Assembly (NCBI GenBank): GCA_015065875.1
Contig: SVPK01000001.1
Coordinates: 1-52,709 of the forward strand
DNA: 52,709 bases
Reading direction: 5' to 3'
Origin: Oscillospiraceae bacterium
GTDB taxonomy: Bacteria; Bacillota; Clostridia; Oscillospirales; Acutalibacteraceae
Below are positions 24,914 to 32,662 of this stretch, in pieces (positions within the stretch are counted from its first letter, which is position 1; the number at the start of each line of letters is the position of its first letter). A program made the translations under genes and the position numbers. The notes beneath the pieces are model-generated. The model made no database searches, had not been told where the DNA came from, and saw only the letters and a list, made by a program, of their open reading frames with translations.

Positions 24914-26599
24914 AAAGACTCCCGAGCTTCGGCTTGGGGTCTTTTCGTCTATTTTTGCATATAGTATTTTGAGGTGGTATAAAATGCCTAAAAAAAGGAT
25001 AGGAGAGGTTAATATATGTTTTGGAGAGTTGGATACTTCGGAGATTTCGGCGCGAGCAGGGGAGATTTTAAGGGAAATTATCGAAGATAAGGTTTTAGAC
25101 GGAGAAATCGAAGAAACGGATGTTAGAAACATTGCTAAAGAATTAGAGCAAAGGGATAATATTTTTTTGCCATAGCTTTGTTGCGGTAAACGACCATTAC
25201 ATGGAACAAAATTGTTGGTTAAAATCGCAAGCATTCTCTCGCGTGGAGAATCGATAATTCTGCAACCAACAATCCCTGCGGCATTGCAACCAAACCCCAT
25301 ACACATGGTTAACGCCTGCTTGCCGCAGGCTTTGCATTTCTTAAATGGCTTATCAAGATTATAGGCAATTCGGGGTAGATAGCCTATATCCTCAAGCAGT
25401 GTGAAAAGCGGGAAAAAGATAGCCATCGGCGGTAGCATAACGGCAACAACCCAAAATAGCACCCGAAACATTCCATCAACCAACATTCCACGTAGCCATT
25501 CGGGCGCGGAAATATTTATAAGAAGGGCATCGATTTTAGATTCAATAAGTCCGAATAGGTTGTTAAGCAGTTCGCTTGGGTAATTTGCTCCGCTTATTGT
25601 TATCCAAAAAATAATACCTAAAAATAGGAGCATAACGGGATAACCGATAAGCCTGCCGGTTAGGAATTTATCAATCCTTCGGTCCGAATAATTATAACCT
25701 TTATCAGTAATTTTAGTTGCGCTTTTAGCAATCTGCTCTGCCGCAGTTATGATAGAACTGATAACTAAATCCTCGATTTTTTCGCGGTCAAGCCCCTGTG
25801 ATAAAAATTCGCTCTTTATTTTTGAGAGCTCGAGAGATATATTTTCGTTGCCAACGATATCTTTAGATAAGAATTTTGTGCATTCGTTAATCGATTGCTC
25901 ATCTGAAGCAATCAGTCGTAATGCTAACCAACGGTTACTGATTTTACCCTCTGTTATGGGCTCTAAAAGCGGAACCAGTTGTTCTATGGCATTTTCGATT
26001 GCATCCGAATATCTAACCCTAAAGGGTGATGAAAGCCGTTCTGTGGAGAAAAATTCATCAAGCTTTTCGATTATTTTTTTTGAATCATCCTTTTTGCGCG
26101 CCGATATGCCAACGACCGGAACACCAAGACTTTGCGATAGTGCATTAATATTAATGCTAATATTCTTGCGGGCGGCTTCGTCCATAAGATTAACGCAAAC
26201 AATCGTATTTTTTGAAATTTCAAGTATCTGCAAAACAAGATTAAGATTTCGCTCAAGGCAGGTTGCATCGCAAACAACAACGGTTGCATCGGGATTTCCA
26301 AAGCATATGTATCCGCGTGCGATTTCTTCTTCCTTTGAATGAGCCAAAAGGGAATAGGTCCCGGGGATATCAACCAAAACATAATCAGAAAACTCGCCCT
26401 TACATCTGCCCGTTGTGCAGGCTATGGTTTTGCCGGGCCAGTTACCTGTGTGCTGATTCATACCCGTTAGTGCGTTGAAAACCGTGCTTTTACCAACATT
26501 TGGATTGCCCGCAAGAGCAATAACCCTATCGTTTTCACCCTGCCTTAGAACGATGCTTTTGGTTGCGTTATGTCCAACCGAATTTTTATTAAGCCCCAT
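24893..26599 (-). CDS. feoB: feoB 5-prime segment (G domain plus first membrane part); genuine FeoB sequence ends at 25188-25190, and the tail 24893-25187 is read-through into the element
   Basis: GNPNVGKST G1 motif, VDIPGTYSL, NLMD. The sequence runs up to ..ILTNNFVPCNGR, then continues as an S-rich 98-codon extension antisense to the small ORF and the lysA end. Confidence 0.9.
   Translation of the reverse strand: MGLNKNSVGHNATKSIVLRQGENDRVIALAGNPNVGKSTVFNALTGMNQHTGNWPGKTIACTTGRCKGEFSDYVLVDIPGTYSLLAHSKEEEIARGYICFGNPDATVVVCDATCLERNLNLVLQILEISKNTIVCVNLMDEAARKNISININALSQSLGVPVVGISARKKDDSKKIIEKLDEFFSTERLSSPFRVRYSDAIENAIEQLVPLLEPITEGKISNRWLALRLIASDEQSINECTKFLSKDIVGNENISLELSKIKSEFLSQGLDREKIEDLVISSIITAAEQIAKSATKITDKGYNYSDRRIDKFLTGRLIGYPVMLLFLGIIFWITISGANYPSELLNNLFGLIESKIDALLINISAPEWLRGMLVDGMFRVLFWVVAVMLPPMAIFFPLFTLLEDIGYLPRIAYNLDKPFKKCKACGKQALTMCMGFGCNAAGIVGCRIIDSPRERMLAILTNNFVPCNGRLPQQSYGKKILSLCSNSLAMFLTSVSSISPSKTLSSIISLKISPARAEISEVSNSPKHILTSPILFLGILYHLKILYAKIDEKTPSRSSGVFSYIERD
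24914..24955 (+). terminator. Terminator after lysA
   Basis: GACTCCCGAGC/GCTTGGGGTC hairpin (with G-U pairs) plus a T-rich tail. Confidence 0.7.
24984..25175 (+). CDS. 63-aa acidic protein at the right end of the element; candidate recombination directionality factor (speculative)
   Basis: ATG lies 6 nt after GAGGTGG. Translation MPKKRIGEVNICFGELDTSEISARAGEILREIIEDKVLDGEIEETDVRNIAKELEQRDNIFLP. The stop lies inside the right inverted repeat. The antisense frame looks non-coding. Confidence 0.5.
   Translation: MPKKRIGEVNICFGELDTSEISARAGEILREIIEDKVLDGEIEETDVRNIAKELEQRDNIFLP
25157..25187. repeat. Right terminal inverted repeat of the element (attR inner arm)
   Basis: TAATATTTTTTTGCCATAGCTTTGTTGCGGT. 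Its first 18 nt are the exact reverse complement of 19981-19998. The next 9 nt match 8 of 9. Confidence 0.9.
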
Positions 26600-26603
26600 A
26601 GTA

Positions 26604-26846
26604 TCACACCTCTATAGGCAAAACTAAAACATCTTTACAATCCTCGTTGCGGATGGCGATAACTGCACCGCGTATAAGATATGCCGCAGGATTTTTACCG
26701 GGGCTGCGACCAACACATTCAACCTCTGTATCGGGTATTAGGCCGATATCTTGTAATCGTCGGCGCATAGCGCCATGAGTGCCTATATGTTTAACCAAGG
26801 CTTTCTCGCCCGGATTTATATCGCAAAGCGAGCATATTTTTTCCAT
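26604..26846 (-). CDS. feoA: Ferrous iron transport protein A
   Basis: 80-aa FeoA/SH3-like protein: LCDINPGEKALVKHI...RRRLQDIGLIPDTEVECV. Overlap-coupled to feoB. Confidence 0.9.
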   Translation of the reverse strand: MEKICSLCDINPGEKALVKHIGTHGAMRRRLQDIGLIPDTEVECVGRSPGKNPAAYLIRGAVIAIRNEDCKDVLVLPIEV

Positions 26847-26933
26847 AAAAAATCACCCTTGAATATTTAGTTTGGTCCTATAATTATGCTATTCGGGTTT
26901 AATGCTATTAGTTACAAGCAGGGAAAAATAGGC

Positions 26934-26950
26934 GATAATGCAATATTATG
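26934..26950. promoter_or_regulatory. Fur-box-like palindrome upstream of feoAB (tentative)
   Basis: GATAATGCAATATTATG carries ATAAT/ATTAT arms about 90 nt upstream of feoA. It is a partial match to GATAATGATAATCATTATC and one nt short. Confidence 0.25.
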
Positions 26951-27089
26951 CCTAAAACCGCAATAATACCCTTTTTCGACATCTGTTATGCATAAATTTT
27001 ATTCGAATATGGACAAAAATTATGGTTGTTTCACCGCTTGATTTAATGGTTCCATTTAGTATATAATTTTTTTGAAAGGAATGATATTT

Positions 27090-27485
27090 ATGGCATTTAT
27101 TGATGCATATAGCAACATTAAAAAAACTTTAAAAATGCGTAAACCCAATAAAATTGATGGTCATTTGGCAATACAGCTCAACCTAACCGATGAGGATGCA
27201 AACGGCATCATGTATATCGAGGTTGCAGATGGAAAGCTAAATATCGAGCCCTATGATTATTGTGATAACGATGCTGTTCTTTCCGTATCAAGCACAGATT
27301 TTATTGATATCATGAATTCAAAGCTTGATTTTGATAAGGCAGTTGAGGAAGAAAAGCTTATCATTTATGGCGATTATGATAGAGCATTAGAAATTAAAAC
27401 ACTTATCAGAAAGCCGGTAACCCGCAAACCCGCCGCCAAGAAAACAACTGTAACAAAAAAGCCCGCCAATAAGACGAGCAAATAA
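27090..27485 (+). CDS. SCP2 sterol-binding-like domain protein with a basic C-terminal tail
   Basis: LAIQLNLTDEDANGIMYIEVADGKLNIEPY..LSVSSTDFIDIMNSKLDFDKAV..KLIIYGDYDRALEI. Confidence 0.6.
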   Translation: MAFIDAYSNIKKTLKMRKPNKIDGHLAIQLNLTDEDANGIMYIEVADGKLNIEPYDYCDNDAVLSVSSTDFIDIMNSKLDFDKAVEEEKLIIYGDYDRALEIKTLIRKPVTRKPAAKKTTVTKKPANKTSK

Positions 27486-27522
27486 AAAAGAGGCTACAGA
27501 GAAAATCTGTAGCCTCTTTTTT
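27485..27522 (+). terminator. Terminator
   Basis: AGAGGCTACAG/CTGTAGCCTCT hairpin plus T run. Confidence 0.8.
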
Positions 27523-27654
27523 ATAAAAATTCATCAACATTTTGTATTTTATTAAAAAATTTGTCACAAAATGTTGAAAAACTATTGAATTTTTGATATT
27601 TTTTGGTATTATAATATCAGCATATCCCCAAAAAATTAAAAGGAGAGATAAAAA

Positions 27655-29064
27655 ATGGACAAGTTTTTCAAAATCTCGGAACGCGGCTCAACCATTAGAA
27701 CCGAGATAATCGCGGGTCTTACAACCTTCTTTGCTATGGCATATATTTTGGTTGTTAACCCCACTCAGATATCGGGATTTGATCCGACTAAGGCAGCACC
27801 TGGAGTCAGCGACCCGATTTGGAATTCCGTTTATATTGCAACTATCATTGCAACCGTAATCGGAACACTGCTTTATGCTTTTTATGCAAAACTACCCTTT
27901 GCACAGTCTTGCGGAATGGGTCTTAACTCATTCTTCTTTGTTTCCTTTATTCTTCCGCAGTTTAAGGATGGCGGAAACCCTGTTGCCGGTTATCAGGCAG
28001 GTTTGGTTATAATTCTTATTTCCGGTCTCATTTTCTTGCTTCTTTCCGTTACCGGTGCTCGTGCTTATATTGCAAAGGCTATGCCTGATTGCATTAAGAA
28101 AGCAATTCCTGCCGGTATTGGTCTCTTTATTGCATTTATTGGTTTCCAGAACGTTGGTATTGTTGAGGATAATCAGTATACTCTTGTTCAGTTTGTAAAA
28201 CTTCATGGTGTTCAGTGGAAAGCTGTTGCTCCCGCCGTTATTGCTCTTCTTGGCTTTATCATTATTGCCATTCTCAGCAAGCTTAGGGTTAAGGGTGCTG
28301 TATTGCTTGGTATACTTGCAACAACTGTTATTTATTATCTTGCTACTTGGACTGCGCCCAGTTTTGATATGGCTTCTTTCTCTGAGCCATTTAACAATTT
28401 CAAAGAAATCGGTATTGTTGGAGTATTCAAGGCTTCCTCTTGGAAAAATGCTTTCTCGCCCGAATTCGTTGGCGGCCTTTTCTCCGCCATTATGCTTATC
28501 GTAACATTCTGCCTTGTTGATATGTTCGATACTATCGGAACCCTTTATGGAACCGCTTCTGAGGCTGATATGCTTGATGAAAATGGCGATCCCATTGATC
28601 TTGATAAGGCCATGTCCTGTGACTCTGTTGCAACTGTTGCAGGTGCTGTTACCGGTACATCTACTGTTACAACTTTTGTTGAGTCTGCTTCGGGTGTTGC
28701 TGCAGGGGGCAGAACCGGTCTTACCAGTTTGGTAACCGCTATTTGCTTCGCAGCTTGCTTGTTCCTTTCACCGATTGCCAGCATTATTCCTGGTGCTGCA
28801 ACTGCTCCGGCACTTATCTTCGTTGGCGTTCTCATGATGAAGAACTTTGCTAAGGTTGATATGAACGATATGAGAAGTGCCGTTCCGGCATTTTTGACCT
28901 TCGTTATGATGCCGCTAACTTATTCTATCGCAAACGGTATCGGCATCGGTGCTATAGCTTATACTCTTATCACACTCTTCACCGGCAACTACAAGAAGAA
29001 GGATATTGCAGTTACTGTTATTGCTATTCTCTTCGTTTGCAAGTTTGTATTTGGTGCTATGTAA
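27655..29064 (+). CDS. NCS2/AzgA-family purine (adenine/guanine/hypoxanthine) permease
   Basis: MDKFFKISERGSTIRTEIIAGLTTFFAMAYILVVNP is the family-typical N-terminus. 469 aa, polytopic. Confidence 0.85.
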   Translation: MDKFFKISERGSTIRTEIIAGLTTFFAMAYILVVNPTQISGFDPTKAAPGVSDPIWNSVYIATIIATVIGTLLYAFYAKLPFAQSCGMGLNSFFFVSFILPQFKDGGNPVAGYQAGLVIILISGLIFLLLSVTGARAYIAKAMPDCIKKAIPAGIGLFIAFIGFQNVGIVEDNQYTLVQFVKLHGVQWKAVAPAVIALLGFIIIAILSKLRVKGAVLLGILATTVIYYLATWTAPSFDMASFSEPFNNFKEIGIVGVFKASSWKNAFSPEFVGGLFSAIMLIVTFCLVDMFDTIGTLYGTASEADMLDENGDPIDLDKAMSCDSVATVAGAVTGTSTVTTFVESASGVAAGGRTGLTSLVTAICFAACLFLSPIASIIPGAATAPALIFVGVLMMKNFAKVDMNDMRSAVPAFLTFVMMPLTYSIANGIGIGAIAYTLITLFTGNYKKKDIAVTVIAILFVCKFVFGAM

Positions 29065-29070
29065 TTAAAC

Positions 29071-29108
29071 AAAAAAGTCCTCTCGGCAAAAGCCGAGGGG
29101 ATTTTTTT
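29071..29108 (+). terminator. Terminator
   Basis: CCTCTCGGC/GCCGAGGGG hairpin plus T run. Confidence 0.8.
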
Positions 29109-29186
29109 AATACGGGGAAGGGAAGAACTTTTTGAAATTCCGAACAAAAAGAAAGCCTGAAACATTCAAAAGAACGTTTCAGGCTT

Positions 29187-29262
29187 TGGTGACCCATCGG
29201 GGATTCGAACCCCGGACACCTTGATTAAAAGTCAAGTGCTCTACCGACTGAGCTAATGGATC
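29187..29262 (-). tRNA. tRNA-Lys(UUU)
   Basis: Minus strand GATCCAT..AGCTCAGTCGGTAGAGC..CTTGA CTTTTAA TCAAG..TTCGAATCCCCG ATGGGTC A CCA. Confidence 0.92.
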
Positions 29263-29280
29263 ATTTTTGTCGACCATGAT

Positions 29281-29309
29281 ATTATATCAACTTGATGGCT
29301 ACTTGTCAA
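29281..29309 (-). promoter_or_regulatory. Promoter of tRNA-Lys
   Basis: On the minus strand, TTGACA (29309-29304), 17 nt, TATAAT (29286-29281). Confidence 0.75.
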
Positions 29310-29341
29310 GCATTAAAAGCATAATTTTATCAATTTACTTA

Positions 29342-29370
29342 TTGACAATAAATAAATATTGTGATAAAAT
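29342..29370 (+). promoter_or_regulatory. Promoter of the tRNA-Ser pair
   Basis: TTGACA (29342-29347), 17 nt, TGATAAAAT extended -10 (TAAAAT at 29365-29370). Confidence 0.7.
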
Positions 29371-29382
29371 AATTTTCGCTGT

Positions 29383-29470
29383 GGAGAGGTGTCCGAGCGG
29401 TTTAAGGAGCTGGTCTTGAAAACCAGTGACTCGCAAGAGCCAAGGGTTCGAATCCCTTCCTCTCCGCCAC
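29383..29470 (+). tRNA. tRNA-Ser(UGA)
   Basis: GGAGAGG acceptor. Anticodon arm CTGGT CTTGAAA ACCAG. Long variable arm. GGTTCGAATCC T-arm. GCCA end. Confidence 0.92.
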
Positions 29471-29507
29471 CTCAAAAAATAAAATATCTTATATTTAATG
29501 TTATCAT

Positions 29508-29598
29508 GGAGTAGTACTCAAGTTGGTGACGAGGCACCCCTGCTAAGGGTGTAGGTCGGGCAACCGGCGCGAGAGTTCGAGTCTCTCCTACTCCGCCA
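29508..29598 (+). tRNA. tRNA-Ser(GCU)
   Basis: GGAGTAG acceptor. Anticodon arm CACCC CTGCTAA GGGTG. Long variable arm. AGTTCGAGTCT T-arm. GCCA end. Confidence 0.92.
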
Positions 29599-29709
29599 TA
29601 TAAAAGCACTGTCAGAAGACGGTGCTTTTTGTTTTATAAACAAATACTATAATATTGCGATTTGAAGCTTATTATGATAGAATGATGAAAAACATATAAG
29701 GTGATAACT

Positions 29710-30180
29710 ATGTCGATCGAAAGAGTTAGAAAGTATTTGAGTGAGTTCGGTTTTAGTGACCGCATAATTGAATTTGATGTTTCGAGTGCAACGGTTGATT
29801 TGGCGGCCGCCGCGCTTGGATGTGAGCCCTGCAGAATTGCCAAGACCTTATCCTTTATGGTTGGTGATTCACCGATTTTAATTGTTGCCGCAGGCGATAC
29901 TAAAATCGATAACCCCAAATATAAAGCGCGGTTTGCCGCGAAGGCGAAAATGCTCTCATTTGATGAGGCTGAAACACTTATAGGCCATGCGGTTGGCGGA
30001 GTTTGCCCCTTTGCGGTAAACGATGGGGTCACCGTTTATCTCGATGAATCGCTTAAGAGATTTGAAACAGTTTTTCCCGCTGCGGGTAGCAGTAATAGTG
30101 CTATTGAGTTGACAATACCGCAACTTGAAACCTTATCGGGTTTTGATTCGTGGGTCGATGTTTGTAAGCCGAAGGAATAG
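29710..30180 (+). CDS. YbaK/EbsC-family aminoacyl-tRNA deacylase domain protein
   Basis: CRIAKTLSFMVGDSPILIVAAGDTKID..GHAVGGVCPFAV. ATG at 29710 follows AAGGTG. Confidence 0.75.
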   Translation: MSIERVRKYLSEFGFSDRIIEFDVSSATVDLAAAALGCEPCRIAKTLSFMVGDSPILIVAAGDTKIDNPKYKARFAAKAKMLSFDEAETLIGHAVGGVCPFAVNDGVTVYLDESLKRFETVFPAAGSSNSAIELTIPQLETLSGFDSWVDVCKPKE

Positions 30181-30208
30181 ATTTTTAATAATTTTGCGAA
30201 AGTGGGTG

Positions 30209-32029
30209 ATGATTACGGAGCGCATTGAAAGACTGAAGGCCAAAGCGGCTTCTTTGCCGTTAGAGCCGGGTGTTTATATTATGAAAAACAGTGATGGCGA
30301 AATTATATATATAGGAAAAGCCAAGGTGCTCAAAAATCGCGTCTCGCAGTATTTTGGCGCCGGTAATCAACATACCCTCAAGGTTCGCAAAATGGTTTCA
30401 AACGTTGAGGATTTTGAATATATCATTTGCGATAGCGAGTTTGAAGCCTTTATTCTTGAATCCTCGCTTATAAAGCAGCATAAACCCAAGTATAATATTC
30501 TGCTTAAGGATGATAAGGGCTATTTTTATATTAAAATAACCAATGAAAATTGGCCTCGCATTCGTTCTGTTAAGCAGAAGGAAAACGATGGCGCACATTA
30601 TATCGGCCCATATAATTCGGGCTTTGTTGTTAACCAAACCGTTAGCGAAGCGAATAAAATTTTCAAGCTTCCGCAATGCAACAGAACCTTTGGAAATCGA
30701 TATGATAAACCCTGCCTTAACCATCATATCGGGCTTTGCTCTGCGCCTTGCTGCAAAAAGATAAGCCATTCAGATTATATGGAATGCGTTCGTTCGGCAG
30801 TTTCTTTTATCAAGGGCGAGCATGGTAGCGCCATTAGCGAATTAACCGAACGAATGGAAACGGCGGCAGAAAATCTTGATTTTGAGCTTGCCGCGAGACT
30901 TCGTGACCGAATAAACGCAATTAAGCGAATTAAAGATAAGCAAAAGGTTATAACCGCACGCAATGAGCGATGCGATGTTATCGCTATGGTAGCTGAAGGC
31001 GAGAAGGTTTGCTTCTGCGTTTTGCAGTATAATGCAGGACATATGGAGGATTGTTCGCAGTATATAACCGATGCCGATGATAATGCCGCAAATTCCCGAT
31101 ATGAGTTTATTCAACGCTATTATTCTGCAAGGCAGGATATACCTAAAATAATCCTCTGCGATAGCGAACCCGCCGATTGCGAACTTCTCTGCCTGTGGCT
31201 CACTGAAAAGCGGGGAAGCAAGGTTGAAATATCGGTTCCCCAAAAGGGCGAGCGATATCATCTTGTTGCTATGTGTCGCAATAATGCGGCGGAATATCTT
31301 TCGCAGCAAAGCAATAAGACGGGTCATCAGATGCAGGCGCTTGCCGAGTTGGCTTCGCTTCTTAATCTATCCTCTCCGCCCGAATATATCGAAGCCTATG
31401 ATATTTCAAATACCGCAGGCTTTGAAAATGTTGCGGGTATGACGGTATTTAAGGACGGAAAGCCCCTAAAGAGCGCATATAAGCGATTCAAGATTAAAAC
31501 CTTTAGCGGTCAGGACGATTATGAATCCATGCGCGAGGTTTTAGAACGTAGGTTTACCGAATACCGTAATAACGATACAGGCTATGGTTTCGGAAAATTG
31601 CCCGACCTTATCTTGCTTGATGGTGGTAAGGGCCAACTTGGGGCCGTAAAAGAGGTATTAAAAAAGCTTAACATTAACGTTCCTGTGTTTGGCATGGTTA
31701 AGGATAGCAAGCATCGAACCCGTGCTATTGCGGCAGATGGTGGCGATATTGTTATAAAGGCAAATCGCCGCGCATATACCCTCGTTGCAACCATTCAAGA
31801 GGAAACCCACCGCTTTGCGGTTGGGTATCATCATAAGCGCGCCAAAAACAGCACCCTAAAATCAAGGCTCACCGAGATAGAGGGGGTTGGCGAAAACCGC
31901 GCAACGCTTCTGCTTAAGCATTATAAAACAATAACCGCTATTTCTGATGCAACCGCCGAGGAATTAGCAAGCGTTAAGGGAATAACCCTTCCTGTTGCAC
32001 AAAAAATTTACGATTTTTTCCATAATTAA
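30209..32029 (+). CDS. uvrC: Excinuclease ABC subunit C
   Basis: GIY-YIG domain: PGVYIMKNSDGEIIYIGKAKVLKNRVSQYF. UVR domain LDFELAARLRDRINAI. C-terminal HhH. Confidence 0.93.
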   Translation: MITERIERLKAKAASLPLEPGVYIMKNSDGEIIYIGKAKVLKNRVSQYFGAGNQHTLKVRKMVSNVEDFEYIICDSEFEAFILESSLIKQHKPKYNILLKDDKGYFYIKITNENWPRIRSVKQKENDGAHYIGPYNSGFVVNQTVSEANKIFKLPQCNRTFGNRYDKPCLNHHIGLCSAPCCKKISHSDYMECVRSAVSFIKGEHGSAISELTERMETAAENLDFELAARLRDRINAIKRIKDKQKVITARNERCDVIAMVAEGEKVCFCVLQYNAGHMEDCSQYITDADDNAANSRYEFIQRYYSARQDIPKIILCDSEPADCELLCLWLTEKRGSKVEISVPQKGERYHLVAMCRNNAAEYLSQQSNKTGHQMQALAELASLLNLSSPPEYIEAYDISNTAGFENVAGMTVFKDGKPLKSAYKRFKIKTFSGQDDYESMREVLERRFTEYRNNDTGYGFGKLPDLILLDGGKGQLGAVKEVLKKLNINVPVFGMVKDSKHRTRAIAADGGDIVIKANRRAYTLVATIQEETHRFAVGYHHKRAKNSTLKSRLTEIEGVGENRATLLLKHYKTITAISDATAEELASVKGITLPVAQKIYDFFHN

Positions 32030-32098
32030 TAGATTCTTTGCAACCTCCAATAATTTTTTTCGGTATTATTGGTGAAGAGAAGTCAAAGGAGGGTAAGT

Positions 32099-32662
32099 AT
32101 GGATGATGTTCAAATAGTTGATTTATATTGGAATCGTGATGAGCGAGCGCTCGAGGAAACCGATATAAAATATGGTAGATATTTAAAAAAGATATCAAGT
32201 AATATTTTGGCGCAGGATGAGGATATCAGTGAATGTGTTAATGATACCTATATGCGCGCCTGGAATAGTATGCCGCAACATCGGCCTTCAAGGCTTGGAG
32301 TTTATTTAGGAAAAATAATTCGCGGCATTTCTATCGACCTTTTAAGAAAAAAAGGGGCAGAAAAGCGCGGAGGAAAGCAATTTTCCATATCGCTTTCGGA
32401 ACTTGAGGAATGTGTTGATGGGGCTCCTTCGGCCGAGGAAAAGCTTGATGAAAAGCTTTTGGGCGAGGCAATTAGCCGCTATCTCTATACCTTGCCCGCC
32501 GAGAGCAGAACGGTTTTCGTTTGCCGTTATTTTTTCTGCGATTCTATTGAGGATATCGCAAAATGTAAGGGCTGCAGTCAATCAAAAATTAAAAGTCTTC
32601 TCTTCAGAACCCGAAAGGGGCTAAAAGCTTTTTTGGAAAGTGAGGGATTTTTAAATGAATAA
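32099..32662 (+). CDS. ECF-type sigma-70 family RNA polymerase sigma factor
   Basis: Region 2: DISECVNDTYMRAWNSM. Region 4: FFCDSIEDIAKCKGCSQSKIKSLLFRTRKGL. ATG at 32099 follows AAGGAGGG. Confidence 0.8.
   Translation: MDDVQIVDLYWNRDERALEETDIKYGRYLKKISSNILAQDEDISECVNDTYMRAWNSMPQHRPSRLGVYLGKIIRGISIDLLRKKGAEKRGGKQFSISLSELEECVDGAPSAEEKLDEKLLGEAISRYLYTLPAESRTVFVCRYFFCDSIEDIAKCKGCSQSKIKSLLFRTRKGLKAFLESEGFLNE

Larger units (their letters stand above)
19969..25190. mobile_element. 5.2-kb serine-recombinase intervening/integrative element inserted in feoB, carrying L-box-dapA-ddh-lysA
   Basis: feoB halves flank it. An AAA core is present at 19966-19968 and 25188-25190. Terminal inverted repeats are present. 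The recombinase sits at the left end. In-silico excision restores an in-frame feoB. Confidence 0.85.

Noticed and set aside
19969-25190. Prophage, ICE or IS element as the identity of the feoB insert
   Set aside because: At 5.2 kb it has no structural, replication, conjugation or transposase genes. The attP/attB-like asymmetry and the single large serine recombinase fit a minimal integrative or intervening element better.
19960-25195. Assembly chimera as an explanation for the two feoB pieces
   Set aside because: A mis-join would not be expected to produce matching AAA cores, 18-bp exact inverted repeats at both ends, and an exactly in-frame restoration. Read mapping is still needed to confirm.
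27523-27654. Purine riboswitch upstream of the NCS2 purine permease
   Set aside because: The 130-nt region is AT-rich promoter-like sequence without the conserved purine aptamer helices or loop motifs.
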